A stretch of 64,000 bases of DNA from Candidatus Altimarinota bacterium (lineage in GTDB: Bacteria > Patescibacteriota > Gracilibacteria > 1-14-2-50-48-13), in assembly GCA_046314355.1 (NCBI GenBank), contig JBKBWQ010000001.1, forward strand, positions 32,001 to 96,000, written 5' to 3'. The notes under the pieces are model-generated. The model had not been told where the DNA came from. It saw nothing but the letters and a program-made list of their open reading frames with translations, and searched no databases. Positions 26,960-37,569 of this stretch are shown here, one piece after another (the first letter of the stretch is position 1; each line of letters starts with the position of its first letter). The position numbers were made by a program, and so were the translations under genes.

Positions 26960-27673
26960 ATGGAAATTTTTATACCAGGTAATTCCCGCGGGCATGCGAA
27001 TCATGGCTGGCTCGATAGTTATCATACCTTTAGTTTTGCAGATTATTATGATCCTAAAAGGGTTAATTTTGGAGCTTTAAGAGTACTAAATGAAGATGTT
27101 ATAGCTCCAGGAATGGGGTTTGGCACTCATGGACATGATAATATGGAAATTATAACGATACCTCTTACTGGTAGTCTTGCACATAAAGATAGTATGGGAA
27201 ATAGCTCCAGTATTATTGCAGGAGAAGTCCAGGTAATGTCTGCAGGTACAGGAGTGAGACATTCTGAATACAATGCCTCAGAGAAAGATCCAGTACATCT
27301 GCTGCAGATTTGGGTATTTCCTAGAAAAAGAGAGGTAGCGCCGAGATATGATCAAAAGTTATTTGATGCAGATAAAACAAATACCTGGCAGCTGCTTGTA
27401 AGTGCTGATGAGACAGAAGGAGCTTTGATGGTGCACCAGGATACATTTTTCTCAATGACCCGTATGGATGAAAATACGTATTTAGAATACAAGGTTAAAA
27501 AGGAAGGAAACGGTGTATTTTTTATGCTTCTCAATGGAAAAGTAAACATAGGAGATCATGCCTTGGAGGAAAAAGATGCTTTTGCTGCAGATGATAAGAC
27601 TGCGTATACAATACAAGCACTCGAGAAATCTCAAGTGCTTGCGATAGAAGTACCGATGGAAGTGAAATGGTAG
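26960..27673 (+). CDS. Pirin-family protein (YhhW-like)
   Basis: RGHANHGWLDSYHTFSFADYYDP, GFGTHGHDNMEI, MSAGTGVRHSE, LLQIW. Confidence 0.93.
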   Translation: MEIFIPGNSRGHANHGWLDSYHTFSFADYYDPKRVNFGALRVLNEDVIAPGMGFGTHGHDNMEIITIPLTGSLAHKDSMGNSSSIIAGEVQVMSAGTGVRHSEYNASEKDPVHLLQIWVFPRKREVAPRYDQKLFDADKTNTWQLLVSADETEGALMVHQDTFFSMTRMDENTYLEYKVKKEGNGVFFMLLNGKVNIGDHALEEKDAFAADDKTAYTIQALEKSQVLAIEVPMEVKW

Positions 27674-27677
27674 TACT

Positions 27678-29009
27678 TTAAACAGCTGCTATCTTAGGAG
27701 TGCGGTAGAAAAGTATAAATATAAGCCATGAAAATGCGATGACGATACTTGCAACGATAATAGGAGCTGAAGGTGTAAGTGATGCTGCAATATATCCTGA
27801 GAGTACTGCAGGTATTGCCTGAGCAAGTGCCTGCACGCTTGAGTTAATACCCAGTATCTCTCCCTGTATTTTTGCATCGGCGCTTTTACTGATAAGAGCG
27901 GTCATATTTGCTTGGGAGAGTCCCATAGAAATTGCAAAGAACGGTACTACAAGTACCGGAAGAAGCATATTTCCATGTACAAACCAATAGAGTGTATCGG
28001 TACTCGCAAGAGTCCATCCAGTAACACCATGTATTGAAAGTGGATTCATAAATCCCTGTATGCCGATGAATATTCCTGTCAGTAAGAGAGTCCATCTCAT
28101 GATATTTGATTCACTGAATTTTTTTGCAAAAGCTCTAGTGACGAACATTTGTGTAATCACAATCCAGAGACCGATGTAGGCAAAATAATCTCCTATATTT
28201 CCCTGCGAGATCTGAAAATTTGTAAGAAAGAATACTGCTGAGAAGGTCGTGAAGAATGTAAATCCTCCCTGAAAAAAGAAATTTACGCTGAGAAGTGGTC
28301 TAAGTCCTTTGAGATTCAGTGCTTTGGCAATATTATGAAAGGATTTACTCCAGTCAATTTTTTTATCTTTATCTTGATGAGTATTAGTCTCTGGAAGAGA
28401 AGTAAATACAAAGAGAGAATTAAGTGCGCTTAGGATGGTTGCGAGTATAAATGGAGTAGTCGCATCAAAGCCTGCGAATACTGCAGGATCGGAAAGTTTA
28501 CCTCCAATATACGGTCCCATAATAAATCCTAACCCAAAGGCAGCTCCGATAAGACCAAAGTTCTTTGCGCGGTCTTTAGGTTCTGTAATATCACTTATGA
28601 CAGCTTGAGCCACTGCAATATTTCCTCCTGTAATTCCATCAAAAATTCTGGAAATAAAGAGAAGAGGAATATTTCTGGTAAAGATCGCATATGCAAAAAT
28701 AATGTAAGAAAGCGCTGTCCCGGCGAGCGAAATACCTAGTACTGCTTTTCTTCCAAATTTGTCTGAAAGCTGTCCTAGAATAGGAGTTGCAAGAAACTGA
28801 GCAAGAGGATAACTAGCAGTAAGGTACCCGAGTAAGATGAGACCTTGTGCAATGCTCCATCCATTAGGAAGAAGGTAATATTCTGATCCAGGGTTTGCAA
28901 GAAGCTGCGGAATGACTGGAATGAGTATTCCAACTCCCAGCATATCAATAAAAATGGTAAAAAAGACAATCAGCAAAGATGTTTTTGGGGAATTCTTGGA
29001 AGATGACAT
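27678..29009 (-). CDS. MFS transporter, TetA/DHA1 family
   Basis: Motif A GQLSDKFGRK; SRIFDGITGGN; GAAFGLGFIMGP; about 12 TMs. Confidence 0.9.
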   Translation of the reverse strand: MSSSKNSPKTSLLIVFFTIFIDMLGVGILIPVIPQLLANPGSEYYLLPNGWSIAQGLILLGYLTASYPLAQFLATPILGQLSDKFGRKAVLGISLAGTALSYIIFAYAIFTRNIPLLFISRIFDGITGGNIAVAQAVISDITEPKDRAKNFGLIGAAFGLGFIMGPYIGGKLSDPAVFAGFDATTPFILATILSALNSLFVFTSLPETNTHQDKDKKIDWSKSFHNIAKALNLKGLRPLLSVNFFFQGGFTFFTTFSAVFFLTNFQISQGNIGDYFAYIGLWIVITQMFVTRAFAKKFSESNIMRWTLLLTGIFIGIQGFMNPLSIHGVTGWTLASTDTLYWFVHGNMLLPVLVVPFFAISMGLSQANMTALISKSADAKIQGEILGINSSVQALAQAIPAVLSGYIAASLTPSAPIIVASIVIAFSWLIFILFYRTPKIAAV

Positions 29010-29044
29010 GTACAGAAACTTAAGAGATACAGTAGTATCGAGAA

Positions 29045-29797
29045 CTATACGCTGTCTTTCCTATTTTTCCACTGTTTTTCTTCAATTTTTGCTAGAACAA
29101 AGTTTTTCTGCGCAGTATCCAGCTGGGCATCATTTGCCATTTCTATCAGTACAGTGGTTGATGTTTCATCATTTTCCACCAATGAGCGTATCAAATACTT
29201 ATCGTAAAAACCTGAAGCTTTGAGAAGAGCATAGGTTTTTAAATTTATCTTTGAACACTTTGCTATGGTTGAAATAATAAATGATGATTTAGAAAAGTGT
29301 TTGTGATGCAAAATCTTATGAAGATGTCTTTCCTCCGGATCCATTTCCTCCAAAAAATCGTGAATATCCTCTTCGGTGCAGAGGTTCGTATTTAATACTT
29401 GACTGAAGAGTTGGATGTTGTGATAAACTGATTGATAAAATAGTAGGCTTCCAATATCGTTATCCGTAAGTTTCTTTGATTTAAGCAGTTTTCTAATTTG
29501 ATAGGCATTCATTTCTAATTTTTCTACCAATAGACTGTAGTCAATTTTTTCTTGAGGATTAAGTTCAATAAGAAAATTGATGCATGTATTAACAGATGAA
29601 CGAATAGCATTCTTTAAATGCTCTTTATTAATCTTTTCAAGACTTCTCTGCTGGAGAGAAAGATCTTCTACTAGTGCATGTAGCTTTGAGGAAATTGATG
29701 CAAGTAAATCGTTCTGCAGTTTTTTATTATGGTAAGCAAAAGTACATGGCTTATCATCCTCAGGTAATTCATCAAACTTGGTTGTATCTATAGCCAT
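29045..29797 (-). CDS. Hypothetical protein
   Basis: ORF directly downstream of 29802-30665; start placed at ATG 29797. Confidence 0.65.
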   Translation of the reverse strand: MAIDTTKFDELPEDDKPCTFAYHNKKLQNDLLASISSKLHALVEDLSLQQRSLEKINKEHLKNAIRSSVNTCINFLIELNPQEKIDYSLLVEKLEMNAYQIRKLLKSKKLTDNDIGSLLFYQSVYHNIQLFSQVLNTNLCTEEDIHDFLEEMDPEERHLHKILHHKHFSKSSFIISTIAKCSKINLKTYALLKASGFYDKYLIRSLVENDETSTTVLIEMANDAQLDTAQKNFVLAKIEEKQWKNRKDSV

Positions 29798-29801
29798 ATT
29801 A

Positions 29802-30665
29802 TTATGAAAAATTATCAATATCATTATTGTCTTCTATACATTTTTTTACATATTTCTTTTTTAATGCCATCCTATCTTCAAAACTTAGGACCAATTTTGA
29901 ATTCAGCACAAGTTCTTCATACTCTTCTTCAGATAGAGTAAGCGATACAATACAGCTTACAAGAAATTCTTTTCTCTTTGCAGTGGTCAGGTCAGAATCA
30001 TTTTGAATAAGAAAAGTGTAGACCTCTTTCGCCATAAATGTATTTGTAAGCAATGCTTTAACAAATTTCTGAAAATCTATTTTAGTTTTTAGGTAATGAA
30101 AGACTTCTGGAGATATATACACTTCTTCTGCGATAAAAATCATCAGCTCTGGTGTAGAAAATCGGCTTTGAACAATAGTTTTAATCTGTTCAAGTGTAAT
30201 TGAAGCATAGTTAATAAACTCCATAACTCTCTCTAAGTTCATTTCTCTATGTTCGAGTACCTTTGCTAGTAAAGAAAAATTTTCTTCATGCACGATCATA
30301 ACTTCTCTAAGTACTAAAGAAGTAATATTATGAATTTTTGACTGTAGCAATTTTTCAATAACCTCCTCAGGCATAGAAGGATAATTTCTGATTGCATCAA
30401 TAGTTTCCTCTGAAGTATGAGGAGTAGTAAGTATACTGTTATAAGTATCTTGCTCAAGTTTTGCTACTGCTTCTTCTTCGAGCTTCAATACTTGTTGGGT
30501 TTTCTTATCTGATACTACATTCTGAGATCTATCTCTTATGCACTCACTTAGTAATTTCTGAAAATCTTCAAACTCTATGATCTCATCTGTTTCAGAGGCT
30601 GGAGCTGTATCTCCTGTTTCATTATTCTCAGATTTTTCCCATGAATTATTTTCATCAATATCCAT
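29802..30665 (-). CDS. Hypothetical acidic helical protein (287 aa)
   Basis: ATG ORF with an upstream TTGACA...TAATAT on the minus strand. Confidence 0.7.
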   Translation of the reverse strand: MDIDENNSWEKSENNETGDTAPASETDEIIEFEDFQKLLSECIRDRSQNVVSDKKTQQVLKLEEEAVAKLEQDTYNSILTTPHTSEETIDAIRNYPSMPEEVIEKLLQSKIHNITSLVLREVMIVHEENFSLLAKVLEHREMNLERVMEFINYASITLEQIKTIVQSRFSTPELMIFIAEEVYISPEVFHYLKTKIDFQKFVKALLTNTFMAKEVYTFLIQNDSDLTTAKRKEFLVSCIVSLTLSEEEYEELVLNSKLVLSFEDRMALKKKYVKKCIEDNNDIDNFS

Positions 30666-30814
30666 ATATGCATGCTAATAAAATTTGCGATATATTAACC
30701 CTAAAAAAAATAGTGTCAATAATTTTGAATTAATGGCTTTTTTAGCCTTTTCAGATTGACTTTTATATAGAAAAATGTAAGCTCACGGTACTATTTTTTG
30801 TACACTTATATCGC

Positions 30815-32614
30815 ATGCAGTTTCGAAATATTGCTATTATTGCCCATGTTGACCACGGCAAGACGACTTTAGTAGATGCTATCCTGAAACAGGGAGGAGC
30901 TTTTAGAGAAAACCAGGAGGTGGAAGTTTGTGTTATGGACTCAAATGACCTGGAAAAAGAAAGAGGAATTACAATTTATGCAAAAAATACATCTATCCTG
31001 TATCAGGGATGTAAAATGAATATTGTTGATACTCCTGGACATGCGGACTTTGGATCTGAAGTTGAGCGTATCTTGAAGACTGTTGACTGTGTACTTTTGC
31101 TTGTGGATGCCTATGAAGGACCTATGCCTCAGACACGATTTGTACTTAAAAAATCCCTTGAACTTGGTATCAAGCCTATCGTTCTTATCAACAAGATCGA
31201 CAAGCCAATGGCACGACCAGATGAGGTTGTGGACATGGTATTTGATCTCTTCGTAGAACTTGGAGCAAAGGATGATCAGCTTGATTTCCCATATATCTAT
31301 ACTATTGGACGAGATGGGGTTGCAAAGAAAACTCTTGATGATCCTTCTACGGATCTTACACCTCTCTTCCAGCTTATTATGGATAAGGTTCAGATCGCTG
31401 AATCTCAGGTAGATGTACCTCTTCGAATGCAGCCATCTAATCTTGGGTATGATAACTATCTTGGACGACTCGCTATTGGTCGAATCTACGAGGGAACTAT
31501 CAAGACAAATATGTCTGTAGTTGTAAAGAAAGAAGACGGAAGTACAAAGAGAGCTCGAATTACAAAGCTCTTTACCTTTGAGGGACTTAATCGTATCGAG
31601 GTTCAGGAGGCATATGCCGGAGATATCTGTGTACTTGCAGGAATCCCTGATATTTATGTGGGAGATACTATCTGTGAGATAGAGACAGCTGAGAGTCTTC
31701 CTGCTATCAAGGTAGATGCACCGACTGTATCCATGAACTTCATGGTAAATAATTCACCATTCGCCGGAAAAGACGGTAAGTTTGTAACTACACGACATAT
31801 CAAGGAACGTCTCGAGAGAGAGCTTGAGACAAACGTAGGACTTCGAGTAGAGGCTTCCACTGAGACTGATTCATATAAGGTATCAGGGCGAGGAGAAATG
31901 CATCTCTCAGTACTTATCGAGACTATGAGACGTGAAGGATTTGAGCTTCAGGTATCACGACCTGAAGTAATTTATAGAGAAGAGAATGGCAAGAAGCTTG
32001 AGCCAATGGAATTTGCAGTGATTGAAGTACCAGAAGAGTCTAGTGGAGCAGTGATTGAAAAACTTGGAAAGAGAAAGGGACTTATGAAGGACATGAAGCA
32101 GGAGAATGGAATAGTACGTATGGAATATGAGATCCCTACACGAGGACTCCTCGGATTCCGAGCAGAGTTTATCATGGATACAAAGGGTGAAGGACTTCTC
32201 TATCATAGCTATTCTCATCATGATGAGTTCAAGGGAGTTATCGGCGGAAGAACTGTAGGATCTCTTATTGCAGGTCTTCAGGGAATCGCAGTTGCTTATG
32301 CACTTTGGAATCTTCAGGAGAGAGGATCTATCTTCATCAACCCTCAGACTGAGGTCTATGAAGGTATGATTATCGGAGAACATTCCAAGGGATCTGACCT
32401 TGTGGTAAATCCTACAAAAGAGAAGCAGCTCACCAACGTACGAGCATCAGGTACGGACGAGGCGATCAGACTTATACCGCCTATAATCATGACACTCGAA
32501 AAAGCTCTTGAGTATATCGAGGATGATGAGTACGTAGAGGTTACACCAAACTTTACACGAATCCGAAAGAAGTATTTGAAGGAGAATGATAGAAAGAGAT
32601 TCGGGAAGAAGTAA
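30815..32614 (+). CDS. typA: Translational GTPase TypA/BipA
   Basis: [56 protein letters not shown]. Confidence 0.97.
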   Translation: MQFRNIAIIAHVDHGKTTLVDAILKQGGAFRENQEVEVCVMDSNDLEKERGITIYAKNTSILYQGCKMNIVDTPGHADFGSEVERILKTVDCVLLLVDAYEGPMPQTRFVLKKSLELGIKPIVLINKIDKPMARPDEVVDMVFDLFVELGAKDDQLDFPYIYTIGRDGVAKKTLDDPSTDLTPLFQLIMDKVQIAESQVDVPLRMQPSNLGYDNYLGRLAIGRIYEGTIKTNMSVVVKKEDGSTKRARITKLFTFEGLNRIEVQEAYAGDICVLAGIPDIYVGDTICEIETAESLPAIKVDAPTVSMNFMVNNSPFAGKDGKFVTTRHIKERLERELETNVGLRVEASTETDSYKVSGRGEMHLSVLIETMRREGFELQVSRPEVIYREENGKKLEPMEFAVIEVPEESSGAVIEKLGKRKGLMKDMKQENGIVRMEYEIPTRGLLGFRAEFIMDTKGEGLLYHSYSHHDEFKGVIGGRTVGSLIAGLQGIAVAYALWNLQERGSIFINPQTEVYEGMIIGEHSKGSDLVVNPTKEKQLTNVRASGTDEAIRLIPPIIMTLEKALEYIEDDEYVEVTPNFTRIRKKYLKENDRKRFGKK

Positions 32615-32643
32615 GGGGCTCGAGTAATTAGGGCACAATAATT

Positions 32644-32683
32644 AAATAACTAAGTAATTAATCAATTACTTAGTTATTTTTTT
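32644..32683. terminator. Bidirectional terminator between typA and mscL
   Basis: AAATAACTAAGTAATT-AATC-AATTACTTAGTTATTT plus T-run. Confidence 0.65.
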
Positions 32684-32721
32684 ATGAAAAACTCTAATAT
32701 ATCTCCAGAATAATTACTTTT

Positions 32722-33162
32722 TTACTTCTTTTCCTTTTTACCCTGCTTCTTCAACAAATCCCGTATTTCCGTCAGCAACTCCTGATCCTTCGTTACCTTC
32801 ACCTCTTTTATTTCTTCTTTCTTCTTTTCCTCATGACGCTTCAGTCTATTTACGATCTGTATTATCAAAAATATCGTAAACGCAATAATCGCAAAGTCAA
32901 ATACGGTCTGGATAAAATTTCCGTAATTTAATGTTACGGCATCTGTTACTTTACCTGCACTACTTACACTTGCCTGTTTGATGACGAGTTTGAGATCTGT
33001 GAAGTTTACTCCACCCAGGAGGAATCCGATAGGAGGCATTACCATATCTGAGACAAGAGAGCTTACTATTTTTCCAAAGGCACTACCGATGATGACACCG
33101 ACTGCAAGATCTACCACATTACCTTTGATGGCGAATTCTCTGAACTCCTTTAATATATTCAT
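32722..33162 (-). CDS. mscL: Large-conductance mechanosensitive channel
   Basis: EFREFAIKGNVVDLAVGVIIG.AFGKIVSSLV; LLTEIRDLL. Confidence 0.97.
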   Translation of the reverse strand: MNILKEFREFAIKGNVVDLAVGVIIGSAFGKIVSSLVSDMVMPPIGFLLGGVNFTDLKLVIKQASVSSAGKVTDAVTLNYGNFIQTVFDFAIIAFTIFLIIQIVNRLKRHEEKKKEEIKEVKVTKDQELLTEIRDLLKKQGKKEKK

Positions 33163-33283
33163 ACTGAGAAAATTTATAATAATGTGTACAGCCTAGCAGA
33201 TTTTAGAAATTAAAAAAGTAAAAGTATTTTCCAATATTGCGCTTTTTACGTATACTCATTCATACAGTTATTATCTTTCTTTT

Positions 33284-34807
33284 ATGCGCTATCTTTCTCT
33301 CTTCGTATTTTGCAATGGTATGGCTATCATGGCTCTTGAAATGGCAGCTGCCCGTTTTCTTGCTCCCTATTTCGGAAGCTCTACTATCGTCTGGGCAAAT
33401 ATTATTGGTGTTATTATGGCAGCGCTTGCGTTGGGATACAGTCTAGGTGGAAAATTTGCTGATAAGCATCCGAAATTTTCTTACTTCTACGGGATTGGTA
33501 TTCTTGGTGGTATTCTGTTGAGTGTGCTTCCTCTTTTTGTACAAGTGCTTCTTAACCCTATTACAGGAGCCATTCTTACACTTCCTCTCTGGGAAATACT
33601 TGGTTCTTTTATCATGTCAGTACTCTTTTTTGGTATCCCTGTGACTTTTCTTGCTATGCTCAGTCCCTACGCGGTAAGGCTTGCGAGTCATGAGGTATCA
33701 AGTGTAGGTAGTAAGGCAGGTAATCTCTATTCCTGGTCTACAGTCGGAAGCATTCTAGGAGTATACATCAGTACCTTCATTACTATTCCATTTGTAGGTG
33801 TAAAAGAGACAATGTGGATTTTTGCATTGCTCATACTTTTCTTAAGTATCTGCGGTCTGTTGATCTTAAATAAGGGAAAAATCGGAAAATTATGGATGGT
33901 GTTACTAGTACCTATTGTATTTTCTATACTTAATGCAGCAGTCACTATACCAATATCTGCGAAAGTACTTGTGCAGAAAGAAAGTCTTTATCAGCATATT
34001 AAAGTACTTGAGAATGAAAACAATGACCGTTATTTAGTATTTAATGAAGGCGGCGGGATCCAGTCAGTTTATAATCCTAATAAACTGCTTTCAGGATTTT
34101 ATTATGATTCATATCCTTTGTTTACCTTACAGGAGGGGTGGCAGAATAAGAAAGATCTCAATGTCCTGATTATTGGTTATGCCGGAGGTACTATAGGAAA
34201 ACTATTTCATGCAATGAATATGCCGGGGCAGAATCTCCATATTGATGGAGTGGAGATTGATGAAGAAGTGACTGATATAAGTAAAAAATATATGGCTGTA
34301 ACAGATGCGGAACGGCAAATCTATACTCAGGATGGTCGTACATATCTGAAAAGCACTGATAAAAAATATGACATTATTATCGTAGACGCATATACAAGAG
34401 AGCATTATATTCCTCCTCACCTTATTACAGAAGAATTCTTTAATGATGTTTCAGAGCATCTTACCTCTGATGGACGCGTACTATTTAACATCAATGCAAA
34501 GAACCGTGATTCAGTGCTTCTGAATACTACGATCAATACTTTACATCAAATATTTCCTGAAGTTGAACTTATGCCCATTAAAGGATCATACAATTACATC
34601 CTTACAGCGGGATCGAAGAAAATAGTATTTCAGAATGAAGTACCACAGTACCTTTCTGAAGATATTGGTGCTCTGTTTCTCAATATAAAAACAGCACTCA
34701 TCTCTGCTCCTAAAGAGCAAAATGCTGGTATTTTTACAGATAATAAAAATGCCATTGAGCATATGACAAATAATGATATTTGGGATGTCTTTTTTGTTCA
34801 AAAATAG
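33284..34807 (+). CDS. Fused membrane domain / spermidine synthase-like methyltransferase
   Basis: N-terminal TM block (MALE..AAR.LAPYFG), then IIGYAGG, VEID, DGR, YDIIIVDAY...PPHLIT.EFF. Confidence 0.85.
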   Translation: MRYLSLFVFCNGMAIMALEMAAARFLAPYFGSSTIVWANIIGVIMAALALGYSLGGKFADKHPKFSYFYGIGILGGILLSVLPLFVQVLLNPITGAILTLPLWEILGSFIMSVLFFGIPVTFLAMLSPYAVRLASHEVSSVGSKAGNLYSWSTVGSILGVYISTFITIPFVGVKETMWIFALLILFLSICGLLILNKGKIGKLWMVLLVPIVFSILNAAVTIPISAKVLVQKESLYQHIKVLENENNDRYLVFNEGGGIQSVYNPNKLLSGFYYDSYPLFTLQEGWQNKKDLNVLIIGYAGGTIGKLFHAMNMPGQNLHIDGVEIDEEVTDISKKYMAVTDAERQIYTQDGRTYLKSTDKKYDIIIVDAYTREHYIPPHLITEEFFNDVSEHLTSDGRVLFNINAKNRDSVLLNTTINTLHQIFPEVELMPIKGSYNYILTAGSKKIVFQNEVPQYLSEDIGALFLNIKTALISAPKEQNAGIFTDNKNAIEHMTNNDIWDVFFVQK

Positions 34808-34868
34808 GACATACTTGTCTACTTCCAGTAACGGTCTCTTAGTTTATCTCAGATATTAGTGTACGTGG

Positions 34869-35717
34869 TTATAAGACCAATTCATACATACGCATAAAGA
34901 CACAGATTGCTCCTACTGCTGTATTAACCCAAGGAAATAACCAATAGAACCTCTCTAGACTTTTTTCCGAAAAGAAAAAATTTAAAACCATCAGTACGGG
35001 ATATATACCTAAAAGCAGTCCTATCCAGGATGAGAATAAACTAACTATATAAGCACTGCCTATATAACAAAGTGTACAGAAGATCAGAGTTCCATTTTTT
35101 CCTAGAAAAGTCGCTATAGTATTGAGAGAAGCATTTTTGTCTACTTGTATGTCAGGAATGGCAGAATATGCATGCATTCCCATACACCACAGTACTCCAG
35201 CGGCAACTATGAAAGCGGGAGGCAGCATGTGTGTAGAAAGATAATATCCGATAATTCCCGGCACTACATACAGACTATTGAAAAGTGTATCTATCAATGG
35301 AATGGCTTTTGCACGGATTGGTGTAGCGCTATAAAAAGCTGAGAGAAAAAGAAATATTAGAAAAAGAGATCCCAGTACTGGACTATAGAAAAGTGAAGTG
35401 AGTATTATACCTACTGTGATAGCTATACTAATCCAGCTTTTCAGCAGTGCATGTTCTTCTTTGATTACCAATGCTTCTTTAGTGTGTTTTTTTGGATTAT
35501 TTTTGTCGGTATCGTAATCAAAGATATCATTTATGCCATATACGAAAAGATTCGCTGGAAATGTAAACCAGAGAAAAAAGAAGATCAGCGAGGAAGTCTG
35601 AAGCAGGTTTAAAGAAGGTATTCCGTATATAACTCCAAGCAGAAAAGTTCCGGCAAGGTATGTCCAGAATCTTGGACGGGAAATTTTGAGAAGTTTAGCT
35701 AGAAGTTGTAGCGTCAT
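34869..35717 (-). CDS. UbiA-family prenyltransferase, lycopene elongase (CrtEb/LyeJ-like)
   Basis: SRPRFW.Y, PANLFVYGINDIFDYDTD..NPKK, YS..PIRAK..P..D, HAYSAIPDI..D; last gene of the crt operon. Confidence 0.85.
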   Translation of the reverse strand: MTLQLLAKLLKISRPRFWTYLAGTFLLGVIYGIPSLNLLQTSSLIFFFLWFTFPANLFVYGINDIFDYDTDKNNPKKHTKEALVIKEEHALLKSWISIAITVGIILTSLFYSPVLGSLFLIFLFLSAFYSATPIRAKAIPLIDTLFNSLYVVPGIIGYYLSTHMLPPAFIVAAGVLWCMGMHAYSAIPDIQVDKNASLNTIATFLGKNGTLIFCTLCYIGSAYIVSLFSSWIGLLLGIYPVLMVLNFFFSEKSLERFYWLFPWVNTAVGAICVFMRMYELVL

Positions 35718-36720
35718 GACTATAAGTATCAATAAGTTTTTGAATTACCTCCGAATCATCTAGTCCGAGAAGACCCATTTTTACTCCTGCAATAAGTAGA
35801 AAATCATTAATATCTACTTGTATATCTTTGAGGATTCCCACTTCGTGAATTTTAGCAATAATTTCTTTTTCGTCATCTTCTGAGAGTATGGTTTGCAGAA
35901 CATACGCTTTTTCCACTCGCGCTTTTAACTCTTCAGATAAATGAGGGAGTACATCAATAAGAATTGGAGTCATTTTTGCTCTCATAATATCTCCACAACG
36001 ATCAGAATCTGCCATTCTTTTCTTTGTACCGATAATCTCACTCATATCATCATAGAGTTGATATGCAATACCGAGATTATCTGAAAAATCTAAAAGATAA
36101 TCTAAAGAAATTTTATGAGAATGTTCTGCATCAGTATAATAAGCTGCAATAATGAGGGGAAAATAAATGGAATATTCTGCAGTTTTCTTCTTATAGAAAC
36201 TGAGAGTCTCCGCTGTTGTAGGAGTCTTTGCTGAAGTAAATTCAAGTATTTGTCCATTTGCGGTATTAGAGCAAATTTCTAATGTCTTTTCTTGAATAAT
36301 TCTAAGTGTTTTATCTGAAGCTCCCTGACTAATGCACTTGAGAGCTTCCGTATAGAGAAGATCTCCTAATACTAAAGCAAGTGCACGTCCTGCTGTCTCG
36401 GATCTTCCTTTTGCAAAATATGCATGAAGAGTAAGTTTATCACGACGCATCTCATCATTATCCATAATGTCATCATGGATAAGAAAAAAATTATGGATTA
36501 GTTCAATTCCTGATGCTATATGTAATGTTTGTTCATTGATCGTTCCTCCCCAAATGGAGCATGCCTCTAAGAAAAGAAGAGGACGCACTTGTTTGCCGCC
36601 TTCGAGAATATAGGATTTTAAATAGTGGTATTCTTCAGGATATGGTTCAAGAATTCTATCAATTAAAGCAGAAAAATAGGTATCAAAAGATTTCTTTAAA
36701 TCTGCGAGAGGTATTTTCAT
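35695..36720 (-). CDS. crtE: Polyprenyl (geranylgeranyl) diphosphate synthase, CrtE-like
   Basis: GGK..RP, FARM LIHDDIMD...RR, GQ, KTA.YS, second motif YQLYDD. Confidence 0.8.
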   Translation of the reverse strand: MKIPLADLKKSFDTYFSALIDRILEPYPEEYHYLKSYILEGGKQVRPLLFLEACSIWGGTINEQTLHIASGIELIHNFFLIHDDIMDNDEMRRDKLTLHAYFAKGRSETAGRALALVLGDLLYTEALKCISQGASDKTLRIIQEKTLEICSNTANGQILEFTSAKTPTTAETLSFYKKKTAEYSIYFPLIIAAYYTDAEHSHKISLDYLLDFSDNLGIAYQLYDDMSEIIGTKKRMADSDRCGDIMRAKMTPILIDVLPHLSEELKARVEKAYVLQTILSEDDEKEIIAKIHEVGILKDIQVDINDFLLIAGVKMGLLGLDDSEVIQKLIDTYSHDATTSS

Positions 36721-36732
36721 GTGAAAGTGAAA

Positions 36733-37569
36733 CTATGCGTGAAGTAATAGGTGCAGAAAGTTGCACATCATGCGTCTTCTGCTGCTCTTTATTTTTCTCT
36801 GGAACACTACCAGCGGATTTTTTTCTATCTCGAGGAGTGTATCATAATACGTAAATGCCGCAAGTCTTACGGCAATACGGCAAGAAAAGGGGAGATAGTC
36901 AAATCCCTTATTTGCTGTTTGTTGTATATCTTTTGTTCTTTGTATCTCAAATTGAAGTAAAGAAAGTATCTTCTTTTCATCTAGAAAATGTCCATTCCAC
37001 CACTCCTCCTCCGTAATACCAAACTTTTTCAAATCCTCAAGCGGCATATATATTCTCTCCCGCACGCTATCTTCTTTTATGTCTCTTATAAAATTTATGA
37101 GCTGCATGGATTTTCCAAGTGCCTGAGCATACACCAAACCCTCATTTTTAATTCCCATAAGCTTCGACATCATGAGCCCAATGACTTCTGCTGAACCAAA
37201 AATATAAGTTTCTACTTCAGGATAAGTGTCATAAGTCTTTTTCCATAGATCCATCTCCATTGAATCAAGAAAAGCATCTACCCACTGTTTTTCAAAATCA
37301 AACTTATGGGCAAGCTTTGTAAAAGTAAGGATCACTATATTTGTGCTTTTACCTGTACTCCAGCAGTTTTCAAACTCACTTCTAAATTGTTTCAAAGCAC
37401 TTCTGGGATCTTCACTAGGATTATCTACTATTTCATCTGCAAGCCTTACAAAAGCATACAGAACATATACGTTATGGCGTATTTGGCGGGGAAAAAGCAG
37501 TGTAGAGTAATAGTATGTCTTACTATGAGCTTTAAATATATTTTTGCAGAGTTTAATTTCTTCGGACAT
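36733..37569 (-). CDS. crtB: Phytoene synthase
   Basis: SKTYY, LYAFVRLADEIVD, F..SMEMDL, LG.SMQLINFIRDIKED...RIY.P. Confidence 0.92.
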   Translation of the reverse strand: MSEEIKLCKNIFKAHSKTYYYSTLLFPRQIRHNVYVLYAFVRLADEIVDNPSEDPRSALKQFRSEFENCWSTGKSTNIVILTFTKLAHKFDFEKQWVDAFLDSMEMDLWKKTYDTYPEVETYIFGSAEVIGLMMSKLMGIKNEGLVYAQALGKSMQLINFIRDIKEDSVRERIYMPLEDLKKFGITEEEWWNGHFLDEKKILSLLQFEIQRTKDIQQTANKGFDYLPFSCRIAVRLAAFTYYDTLLEIEKNPLVVFQRKIKSSRRRMMCNFLHLLLHA

